Positions 49,592-59,800 of a DNA stretch of 64,000 nt are shown piece after piece. Below the pieces are notes generated by a model that saw only the letters and a list, made by a program, of their open reading frames with translations, was not told the origin of the DNA and made no database searches. Made by a program: the position numbers and the translations under genes. This DNA is from Candidatus Eiseniibacteriota bacterium (GTDB lineage Bacteria; Eisenbacteria; RBG-16-71-46): contig OY970342.1 in assembly GCA_963717505.1 (NCBI GenBank), positions 1,728,001 to 1,792,000 of the forward strand. The letters run 5' to 3'. How positions within the stretch are numbered: the stretch's first letter is position 1; each line of letters opens with the position of its first letter.

Positions 49592-49936
49592 TCATTGCAC
49601 TCGGATCGTGCCGTGATACATGTCCATGCCGCACGCGTAGGTCAGCTCACCCGCGTGCTCCGGCGTGAACGTGATCTCGACTTCCTCGTTGAGCGGCAGC
49701 GGTTGGTTGATGCCGTGCTCCTTGAGCACCAACTCGGTGGCGCAGGTGCGCGACTCGGTGCGCTTGACCACCAGCGTCACGGGCGAGCCAGCGTGGACGT
49801 TTACCACCGCGGGTTGGAAGCCCTTGTCGGTGACTTGGATCGACACGCGCTGCGGCCCTCCGGGCGTCGCCGATTTCGAGGCGCAACCGGCCAGCAGAAC
49901 GGCGGCGAACAGGGCGAGGGTGAGCATCGTGCGCAT
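49592..49936 (-). CDS. Cupredoxin-domain lipoprotein
   Basis: LAGC lipobox; GFQPAVV, TCATE, FTP...GELTYACGMDMYHG. Confidence 0.85.
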   Translation of the reverse strand: MRTMLTLALFAAVLLAGCASKSATPGGPQRVSIQVTDKGFQPAVVNVHAGSPVTLVVKRTESRTCATELVLKEHGINQPLPLNEEVEITFTPEHAGELTYACGMDMYHGTIRVQ

Positions 49937-49998
49937 GGGTGAATCCTCCTTGGGCGTCCTGCCAACGGCAGGAGCGAGGTGAGGGGTGGAAGCTATCA

Positions 49999-52900
49999 CT
50001 ATTGAGAACCGGGTTCAGCCCGCTGCGCGCGGGCTTGCTCACGGCGGAGCTGCGCGTAACGCCAGTAGGTGTAGATCACGGGAATGATTTCGAGCGTCAG
50101 GAACGCCGAGGTGACGAGCCCGCCGACCATGGGGGCCGCCACTCGCTTCATGACGTCGGCGCCGGCGCCCTGCGACCAGAGCAACGGCACCAGACCGATC
50201 ATCATGGTGGCCACCGTCATCAGCTTGGGGCGGACTCGCTGCACCGAGCCCTCGAGTGTCGCCGCGATGATGTCGTCGAGACCGCGAATGCGACCCTCGG
50301 CGCGCCTGCGATGGTAGGCCGAATCGCAGTAGACGAGCATGACGACTCCGGTCTGAGCCGCGAGCCCGACCAGCGCGATGATCCCGACCCACACCGCGGT
50401 CGAAAGGTTGTAGCCGAGCAGCGCCAAGAGCCAGATGCTGCCGACCAGCGCGAACGGCACCGACGCCAGCACGATCAGGGCCGCTGCCAGGTTGCCGAAG
50501 CTGAAGTAGAGCAGCATCAGAACGAGGCCGATGGTGAGCGGCACCAGCACCGCCATGCGGCGCTGCATCTGCTCCAGCAGCTCGTACTGGCCGGTCCACT
50601 TGAGCGAAGTAGCCCGGTGGCAGGCGCAGCTCGTGCGCGACCCGCTGCTTGGCGTCGTCGACGTAGCCACCGATGTCGCGTCTCGCAGCGTCGATGTCGA
50701 CGTACACGTAGCCGGCGAGCAAACCGCCTTCGTCGCGGATCATGGGCGGGCCGGTCACGATGCGCAGGTCGGCGACCTGGCCGAGCGGCACGTGTCCGCC
50801 GCCGACCGGTTCGGCCGTCCGGCGCGGGCGTCGACGCCATGCCCGTGCCGCCGGACATCTCGCCGTCGACCGCGTCGGTCGAGTGGGACCAGCACGCGCT
50901 TCAGACTGCTCCAAGTCCTGACGCAGCTCGCGCGGGTAGCGCACGTTGATGGTGTAGCGGGCGCGCCCGTCGACCGCGACCTCGAGCGGCTGGCCGCCGA
51001 TCGCCGCCTCGATGACTTCCTGAACGTCGCCCAGGCGTCAGGCCATAGCGCGCCAGCGCCTCGCGATTCGGGACGATGTCGAGGTAGAAGCCGCCGGTGT
51101 TGCGGTCGGAGTAGACGCTGCGCGTGCCGGGCGCCCGCGACACGATGCGCTCGAGATCGATCCCGATCCGCTCGATCGTGTCCAGGCTGGCGCCGAAGAT
51201 CTTGATCCCGATCGGCGTGCGAATCCCGGTCGAGAGCATGTCGATGCGGGTCTTGATCGGCATGGTCCAGGCATTGGTCCAGCCCGGAAGTCGCACGCGC
51301 TCGGTTCAGCTCGGCGACCAGCTCGTCCCAGGTGATGCGGCGGCGGTCGGGCCAGAACGGCCGAAGCACGGCCGCGAGCCAGGGCGGCGCCCAAGCCGAG
51401 TACCAGCGCGGGGTGTCGACCATGCGCCACTGCTCGCGCGGCTTGAGCTGGACCACGGTCTCGACCATCGACAGCGGCGCCGGATCGGTCGGCGTCTCGG
51501 CGCGCCCGGCCTTGCCGAACACGCGGCTCGACCTCGGGGAACCGAACGAATCAGCCGGTCCTGGACCTGAAGGTGTCGCTTGACCTCCTCGATCGAGATG
51601 TTGGGCAAGGTGGTCGGCATGTAGAGGAGGTCGCCCTCGTTGAGCGGCGGCATGAACTCGTGGCCGAGTCGGAACGCCATCGGCACCGCCGACAGCACGG
51701 CGATCAGGCCGATCGCGATCGTGGTGCTGCGGGTTCTTGAGCGCCACCCAGGCGAACGGCCGGTAGAGGCGATCAGCGCGCGCGACACCGGGTGTTCGTC
51801 CTCGTGGCGGATGCGGCCGCGCACGAACAGACGTCATCAGCGCCGGCGCCAGCGTGATCGAGACCAGCGCCGCGAACGCCATGGCGAAGGTCTTGGTGTA
51901 CGCCAGCGGCTTGAACAGCCGCCCGGCCTGGCCGTTGAGCGCGAAGATCGGCAGGAACGCGACGGTGATGATCAGCAGCGAGAAGAAGATCGGCGGCCCG
52001 ACTTCCTTCGCGGCGTCGATCAGGACGCGCCGGCGGTCGGCGCCGGCGGGCGCCGTCTCCAGGTGCTTGTGCGCGTTCTCGACCAGCACGATCGCGGCGT
52101 CGACCATGGCGCCGATCGCGATCGCGATACCGCCCAGGCTCATGATGTTCGAATTGATCCCGAGCAGCGCCATCGGCACGAACGCCAGGCCGACCGCCAC
52201 CGGCAGCGACGATCACCGGCACCAGCGTGCTCCGGAAGTGGAGCAGGAAACACGAAGATCACGAGGCTGACGACGATCATCTCCTCGATCAGCGTGTGGC
52301 GCAGGGTGTCGATCGCGCGGTGGATCAGGCTCGAGCGGTCGTAGACGATCTCGGACCTGCGACGCCCGTCGGGGAAGCGAGGGCTCGAGCTCGCGCGAGC
52401 CGCTGCTTGCACGCGGTCGATGACCCGGAGCGCGTTCTCGCCGTAGCGCATGACCACGATGCCGCCCACCGCTTCGCCGTCGCCGTCCAGCTCGCCGAGT
52501 CGCCGCGGCGGATGTCGGGGCCGAAGGCGACGGTGCCGACGTCGGCGACGCGGATCGGCGTGCCGGTGCGCGCGGTCGGCGCCGAGCGCGACCTGACGCA
52601 GGTCGTCGAGGTCGTGGACGTAGCCGCGGCCGCGCACGAAGTACTCGCGGCCCGACATCTCGATCACGCGTCCGCCGACGTCCGCGTTGCTGCGCCGGAT
52701 CGCCGCCGGTGACGTCGGCGAGCGACAGTCCGTACGCGTGCAGCCGCGCCGGGATCGACCTCGACCTGGTACTGGCGCTCGATAGCCGCCGACCGACGCC
52801 ACCTCGGCGACGCCCGGCACGCTCGCGAGCGCGTAGCGCAGGTGGAAGTCCTGGAACGTGCGCAGGTCGGCGAGGTCGTGGCGCCCGCTGCGGTCCACGA

Positions 52901-53332
52901 GCGCGTACTGGAACACCCAGCCGACCGAAGTCGCGTCGGGCCCGAGCTGCGGGCTGACGCCCTCCGGCAAGCGCGCCGCGGATCGTGCTCAGGTACTCGA
53001 GCACGCGGCTGCGCGCCCAGTAGAGGTCGGTGCCTTCCTCGAAGATCACGTAGATGAAGCTCATGCCGAACATCGACTGGCCGCGCACCGCCTCGACCTG
53101 CGGCGCGGCGAGCAGCGACGAGACGATCGGATAGGTGATCTGGTCCTCGACCAGGTCGGGGCTCCGGCCCATCCACTCGGTGAACACGATCACCTGCGGA
53201 TCGCGAGAGATCCGGGATGGCGTCGAGCGGCACGCGCCGCATCGCGACCAGCGAGCCGAGCACCGCGAACGCGGTGAAGAGGAACACCAGCGCGCGATGG
53301 GTCGCGCAGTACTCGATGATCCGGCCGATCAC
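49999..53332 (-). pseudogene. cusA: CusA/SilA-family heavy-metal RND permease, broken by many frameshifts (likely sequencing errors)
   Basis: Collinear fragments in different frames: [97 protein letters not shown]. Confidence 0.88.
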
Positions 53333-54687
53333 GGGCGCTGTCCTTCGGTCTGCGACGGCGCGCTCATTCCCGCCATCGCGGCCTTGAGCCGGCTCTCGGA
53401 GTCGATCAGGAACGAGGCGCTCGGCAACCACCGTGTCGCCCGCCGCCAGCCCCTGGCAGGATCTCGGTGCGTTCGCCTTCGCGCGCACCAGTCCCGACGC
53501 GGCGCGGCTCGAAGCGGCCGCCGGCGCGCGCCAGGAACACGTAGCTCTTCGGTCGCCGGTGCGGATCACCGCCTCGCTCGGCACGGTCAGCGATGGCGCG
53601 GCGCGGCCCTGCACCTGGACGTCGCCCGTACATGCCCGGGCGCAATGCGCCATCCCGGTTGGCCAGTTCGATCCACGCCTGCGCGGTGCGCGTCTCGCGT
53701 CGACACCATCGGCTAGACGAATTCGATCTGGGATTCGAAACGGCGGCCAGGCAGCGCGTCTGAGGTAAACACCGCGCGGTCGCCCACGCGCACCCGTCCC
53801 AAGTCCATCTCGTAGAGGTCGGCGAGCACCCACACGCGGGACAGGTCTGCCACGGTCAGCAGCGGCATGTCGGCGGCGACGAACTGGCCTTCGGTGACGT
53901 GGCGCTCGAGCACCGTGCCGGTGACTGGCGACGGCAGCGTTAGTTGCGACACTGCGCGCTGCTCGCGCTCGAGCCGAGCGATCTCGGATTCGTGGACCCC
54001 TAGCAAGCGCAACCGCTCTCGACCGGCGACAAGTTCGCCGACGTTGTGTGATGCCTTGCGACGCGGCGCGGGTGGGCCGTGCCCCCTGGCCGAGTCGTCA
54101 ACCGCACCCAGCGAGATCAGGAACTCGAGCTCACTCTGATAGAGCTCGGGACTGTAGATCGTCAGCAGCGGCTGACCCTCGAGGACCGTAGCACCGGTCC
54201 GAGTCACGTTCATCGTCTGCACCCAGCCCGAAACCCGAAGCTGCACGCGCCTAACGCGCGACTCGTCCGCTGCGACGAACGCGACCAATGGTGTCTGCGA
54301 CCCGAGTGGCGTGCGTTCGACCACCGCGGTGCGCACGCCGATCAACTGCAAACGCTCGGGGCCGATCGCGACCACCGAAAGTCCCGGCACATTGCCGCCC
54401 GAGGCGGTGGAGTCGACGGTCGGCGCTGGCTCGAGATCCATGCCGCAGATCGGACACTCGCCCGGACGGTCGGACGTGTACGAAGGATGCATCGGGCAGT
54501 AATAAGCAGAGGCGACCGCGACGCCCGAGCGTCCGGCCGAATGCGACATCCACCACGCCGCGCCGCTGCCGAGCGCCAGAACCGCGAGGCCGACCAACAA
54601 CACGCGCCGGAACACGTTCATCGCTGCCGCCCCGGGCGGCGACGCCGACTCGGGAGATTCCGGACCCAGATCACGCGGTTCGTTCAC
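53329..54687 (-). pseudogene. cusB: CusB-family RND periplasmic adaptor with heavy-metal-binding domain; in-frame TAG at 53713 and frameshifts downstream
   Basis: YYCPMHPSYTSDRPGECPICGMDL, IYSPEL, ADLSRVWV, then LRPGMYG, VPSEAVI, FLIDSESRL in shifted frames. Confidence 0.85.
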
Positions 54688-56015
54688 GGCTTCCTCCTCG
54701 ACGTCGCGTCCGGCAACGTCACGCCCAGCAGCTCCGGACGACCGGTGAGACTCAGCAGCTCGGCTTGCGCCATCGCCAACTCGCGACCCGCGTCGGCGAC
54801 TTCGAGCGCGCTGGTGTAGTGGGTGTGTGCGGCTTCGAGAGCTTCGGCGAGGTCGCTGCCGCCCGAGGAATAGGCGCTCCACGCCGCGGCCAACGAGCGT
54901 TCGCGCAACACCAGCACGGTGTCGGCAAGCAGCGTCAGCACGCGCTCACCGCCGCGCGCGCGCGCGTGCGCCGACTCGACCATCTCGAGCAGCTCTAGCT
55001 CCACTTGGGCGCGCTCGGATTCCTCGGCGTTTGCCATCGCCTCCATCGCGCGCGCTTCGGCCTGCTCGCGTCCGCCCGCGAACAGCGGCAGCGAGAACGC
55101 GACGCTCGCGCTGATCATGTTCTCCTGAACCACGCCGCCATGTGCGGCCGCAAACTCAGGATCGAGGTTGTCACGAAAGCCATACGACGCGCGCACGTCG
55201 AGATCAGGCCACTGCTCGCGCCGTGCGGCGCGGGCCGCCAGGTCGAAACGCTCTTGCGACGCGGCGCGCGCGCGTAGTCGCGGATGATCGGCGACCGCCT
55301 GCCGCCACGGTGCGAGCTCACCGACTTTCGCGTTCTCGGGTAGCGGATCGAGGGGACCAAACGCACGCCCTGTAGGGAAGCCCGACACCGTCGCCAGCCG
55401 TGCGCGCGCGGCGGACTCCATGGCTTCGAACTTCGCCATGTCTGCGGCGATCTCTGCTGCTTCTGCCTCAGCGGCTAGTGGCTCGCCCAGCCGACCGCGA
55501 CCCGCCTCGTAGCGCGCGCGCGCCGCCTCGGCCATCCGGCGCATCGCGCCCTGATGGCTGCGCGCCGCCGCGACCTTCTCGACCGCGGCCACCGCTTCGG
55601 CGTACGCGTTCCACGTCTGTCCCAGCACATCGCGGCGTGTCGCCGCCAGCTCTGCGGAGTCCGCGGCCGCCGCGCGCGCGCCCGACTGGCGCGCAAGGCC
55701 GTTGGCGCCAAAGATCGGAACACGCTGCATCACGCCGACCATCTTCTGCGTCATCGGATCCTGGTCGAAGCGCATCGTCGTCGGCAGGTCGACGATGCCG
55801 ACTTCGAGCACTGGCGCTTCCCACGCGCCGGCGCGTACCGCCTGTTCGCGCGACACGCCGATCCGCGCTTCGGCGACGCGCAGTCGCGGGCTGTTGGCGA
55901 GCGCGTCTGCTATGAAGTCCACGACCCCGGCCGCGCTCGCCGGGAATGGAATCAGCGCCAGCCACGCGGCGGCGGCGCCCAGCACCAACGCCCTGCTCGA
56001 TGTCGATGAATGCAC
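54684..56015 (-). CDS. TolC-family outer-membrane efflux protein
   Basis: AGGAG SD before GTG 56015; signal peptide; ALANSPRL, ARYEAG, WPDL, FSLPLF; Met-rich segment MRFDQDPMTQKM. Confidence 0.85.
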   Translation of the reverse strand: MHSSTSSRALVLGAAAAWLALIPFPASAAGVVDFIADALANSPRLRVAEARIGVSREQAVRAGAWEAPVLEVGIVDLPTTMRFDQDPMTQKMVGVMQRVPIFGANGLARQSGARAAAADSAELAATRRDVLGQTWNAYAEAVAAVEKVAAARSHQGAMRRMAEAARARYEAGRGRLGEPLAAEAEAAEIAADMAKFEAMESAARARLATVSGFPTGRAFGPLDPLPENAKVGELAPWRQAVADHPRLRARAASQERFDLAARAARREQWPDLDVRASYGFRDNLDPEFAAAHGGVVQENMISASVAFSLPLFAGGREQAEARAMEAMANAEESERAQVELELLEMVESAHARARGGERVLTLLADTVLVLRERSLAAAWSAYSSGGSDLAEALEAAHTHYTSALEVADAGRELAMAQAELLSLTGRPELLGVTLPDATSRRKP

Positions 56016-56137
56016 TGCACACGCTCCTGTGCCTGAAGTTCCATGTAACGCAGGCTTCGCCAACGCGAAGTGCGACGGTGGAACGACGGATCCGAACGGA
56101 CGCCGTCCGGCCATCGGACGACGTCAGTGACCGAGGA

Positions 56138-56569
56138 TCAGGAGCGAGGCGGGGCTCGGTCGGAGGAGGGACTGCCCGCGTGACGTGCGGTCGGTGGCGG
56201 ACTGTCGTCGAGCGTGAAGACTTCGGAAGGAAGGTCGGTGACCGAGGTGATGAGTGCGACGTCGATGATCGCAGGCATCGGCACCGAAGGTGCGAGCTTG
56301 TCGAGTGCGACCGCCGACACCGAGGTCAGCAACATGCAGCACGGGGATCCACCGGACGGACTCGGCGCTGGCGTGTCGTCGGCAACCGGATGACAGCAGG
56401 AGCCGCCGCTCTCCGCCGCGGGCGTACGCGCGTGACAGTCGACACCCGAGCGCTCGGAAGTCGGAGTCGCGAACGCGCTCACCAGGCAGTAGTTGCTGCC
56501 GAACAGGAACAGCGCGAGCGTCGCCGTGAGGGCCGTGCGCCACGAAGTATGGGTATGGGGCGTCAACAT
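56138..56569 (-). CDS. Cys/His-rich exported leader protein ending in RAPP (DUF2946/CruR/CutF-like)
   Basis: AAGGAG SD; hydrophobic N-terminal segment; DCH, SCCH, PCCM; C-terminus DRAPPRS-stop; first gene of the efflux operon. Confidence 0.75.
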   Translation of the reverse strand: MLTPHTHTSWRTALTATLALFLFGSNYCLVSAFATPTSERSGVDCHARTPAAESGGSCCHPVADDTPAPSPSGGSPCCMLLTSVSAVALDKLAPSVPMPAIIDVALITSVTDLPSEVFTLDDSPPPTARHAGSPSSDRAPPRS

Positions 56570-56788
56570 GAGTGCTCCTTCGGCGATCAAAGGCTCGGAC
56601 TTGAGCGTGGTCGCGGTTCGCCGACCGGCCGGGATTGTGCCAGAACCGGCCGGTGGCCCCAACCAAGCCCAGCGACTGCAAGCCGAAACCAAGGCGGCCC
56701 TGGCGGTTCGCGCAGGCCAAACTGCCTGGCCCGTCGCACCGGCCGGCCCGTCTGCAACGTCCTCGACCCGGGGCGGGCTGAGTGGTCT

Positions 56789-56812
56789 ACAAACCCCTTG
56801 ACCGGGGTTTGT
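56789..56812. promoter_or_regulatory. Candidate operator palindrome
   Basis: ACAAACCCC-TTGACC-GGGGTTTGT perfect 9-bp arms around a -35-like hexamer in the divergent intergenic region. Confidence 0.5.
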
Positions 56813-56897
56813 CGGCAGGCGTCTCCTTATAGACCTGCGGGCCCTCGAGCCTGCCATGAATGTCCCTCGGGCATTAGACCCCTACCGGAGGTGATTC

Positions 56898-59800
56898 ATG
56901 CCGCCGCACGTGAACTCAATTCGTGCTTTTCGAACGCCTTCTCTTCTTCTGATTCCAAGTCTGATCCTGGCGGCAGTCGCTGTAGCCATGCCTGCCGGCG
57001 CCAGCGACTACAACGTCAAGGGTCGGTGGCAATGGGTGACGGAGAGCAAATGGGATGTGATGAATGGCTCGAACCTCGAGAAAGGCGGCGGCACGCACAT
57101 GGCGTTGTTACGGGGAGCCAGCGACGAGCACTGGGTGTTGCACTGGCATCTGGGCGAACAGGCACGGCTGTGGCGGCCGACCTCTGCGACGGACGTCGAT
57201 GGCGTGGCGGAAGACGTGCCGTTCCTATCCTTCGAGACCTTTTGCTCGGGGCACGCAACGCTGGGCAACGGCAAGTTGCTGGTCGTGGGCGGCACGATAG
57301 GTGTGACGACCGGTGAGCGGCGTTGCGTGACGTTTGACCCGACGGAATACACGCTAGCCAGCAAGGGCTGGACCCAGGTCAACTCGAGCGCGGCCGGGCA
57401 CTGGTACCCGACGGTGACGACCCTCGGGGACGGAAAGGTGTTGGCGGTGGCCGGGGCGCAGCACGAGAACATCGTTATGTTCGGCGGCGCCGTCGGGAGC
57501 AGCGACACGGTCACGAACGAAGCTGGATTCCTGAACATGGCAGAGGACGAGAACTGGAACCGGGATCCGACCACAAGCGGCAGGCCCGCGAAAAGACAGG
57601 GCCACAGCGCCGTCTACTGGAACGGCTTTGCCGTGGTGTTCGGCGGCGAAAGCATGAACAACGACATCCACAGGCTGTGGGGGCCGGATAAGGACCCAGG
57701 GCGTCGACGGCAGTGGGAAGCGGCCCTGACCCCCTCGAACCCTCCGTCTGCGCGTAGTTGGCACTCGGCGGTGGTGTTGGGTGACACGCTGTACGTCTTT
57801 GGAGGAAAGGACAACACCAGCGGCAGTGCGCTGAACGAGCTGTGGTGGATCAACCTCAAGAGCCCAAGTGCGTGGAACCAAGTGTCCGTACAGGGAACGT
57901 GGCCCGAGGCTCGATGGGACCATACGGCAGTGCTCGCCAAGGACGATCGAGCGCAGCCCGTGATGATCGTCTACGGTGGGCGAAAGAACGCGACCGAGCT
58001 TGCTGACGACGATGTCTGGGTGCTGACGATCCCCCGATATGTGAATCAGGGAGGGGGTGGCGCGGCCACGTCATTCGCTTGGCGTGGGCTAGAACTATCG
58101 TCGCCGGAGCCCGGGCCCCTGGAAGGACACAGTGCGGTGCTGGTGGCTCGCGGGTATCCGAACCCTCGTACCCATCGAATTCAAGTCTTCGGTGGGCGGA
58201 AAGCGAACGGAGACCTGACCAACTCACTTTGGGAGTTGAGGCAGGTCGAGGTTGCAGATTCTTCTGCCATTTGGACGTTCTTCGATCCGGGCCTCGGCGA
58301 CACGATCCCGCGGCGGATGCGGCACGCTGCAGTCTATGACAAGGAGTGGACCCGGATGATTGTCCACGGCGGCGACACGACACCGACTGCGGCTGGCGGC
58401 AACCTAGGAGATCTTTGGGAGCTGGACTTGGAGAACGCCGACTGGTCGCCGATTACGATCACGCCGACGGACTCGGTGCCCCTGGCGCGCTCCGGCCACA
58501 AGATGGTAATCGACTCTAGACCGATCCAGGTGCACGTGCCGGAGATCTACGATCCGGACAATGGCGCGTCCGGCACGTGGACGTCGAAGCCTGATGGGCC
58601 CAAGTACCAGCCCTACTACCCGTTCATGTTCACGCTGCCGGATGGCAACGTGTTCTTCGCTGGCAATGGGCCAGAGCACAGCGTTCCGCCGACGACCGAG
58701 AGTTACATCTACAACCCGGCCGCGCAGGAGTGGACAAACCAGAAGACCAGCGGGTCCCTGGGTGGCTCGGCGGTGTATTGGCCCGACCTCAACAAGGTGA
58801 TGAAGTGCGGTGGGGATGATGACGTTACGAATTCGGATGAGCAAGAAACCCGTGTGCTGACGATTGGATCGGGAAACTGGATCGAAGCTGCTGACATGCC
58901 GGAGTCGCGCACATTTCACAACCTTACACAGCTTCCGGATGGTCGTGTGCTCTTGTCCGGTGGAAAGACTCGGTCTTATGGAGGAGCATTCAACAATGTC
59001 GCCCGCATGTGGGATCCGACGCAGTCGGTTCCAGAGTGGGGCCCGTCGCTCGCGTCCGATCCTGCAAACCGCGGTTATCATTCCAGTGCGCTACTCTTGC
59101 CTGACGCGCGAATTCTGTGCGCCGGGGGACCAGGCGGCGCAGATAGGGAGGGTACGTGGCGAGCGACGATCTACTCACCGCCGTACCTCTACAAGAGCAA
59201 CGGAGTCGACTTGGCTGACCGCCCGACGATCACGAGTTCTCCAAACTACACGGTGCACTACAACGAACCGTTCTACGTGAATGTCGATGTCGATCCTGGG
59301 ACCACGCCGATTGACTCGATCAAGATCTTCTGCCTGATTCGTCCTGGGGCCCCCACCCACGGGTTCGACCAGAACCAAAGATACGTGTCGCTCGCGCCAT
59401 ACACCATGACGCACGGCATGCTCCGAACGGTGCTGACCGACAACCCCAACAAGGTTCCGCCCGGTGACTACCTGCTGTTCGCTGTACGAACTGGCGTGGC
59501 TGGTGTGCCCTCGGTGGCGAAATGGATAAAGATCCAAAATGAGGCCGGCGGGGTCGACAATACTGCACCAGCATCCGCGGGGCTGACCTACTCCGACGTC
59601 CAGTCCAATTCCGTAGTCCTCAAGTGGAATGCCCCCGGGGACGATGGCACGACAGGCACGGCGACCCAATACAGCTTGCGCAAGCGGCTGAGCACGGCCG
59701 GAGCGATCACCGACGCGAACTTCTTCGAGAACCCAGCCGTGGGCTTCAGCGGCCTCCCACGCCCTGCAGGGGCGCAGGAGCAAGCGTTGGCTGAGACTCT

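Noticed and set aside
49999-53713. Programmed frameshifting or several small genes in cusA/cusB
   Set aside because: Too many irregular shifts through collinear fragments of one known protein; error or decay explains it better.
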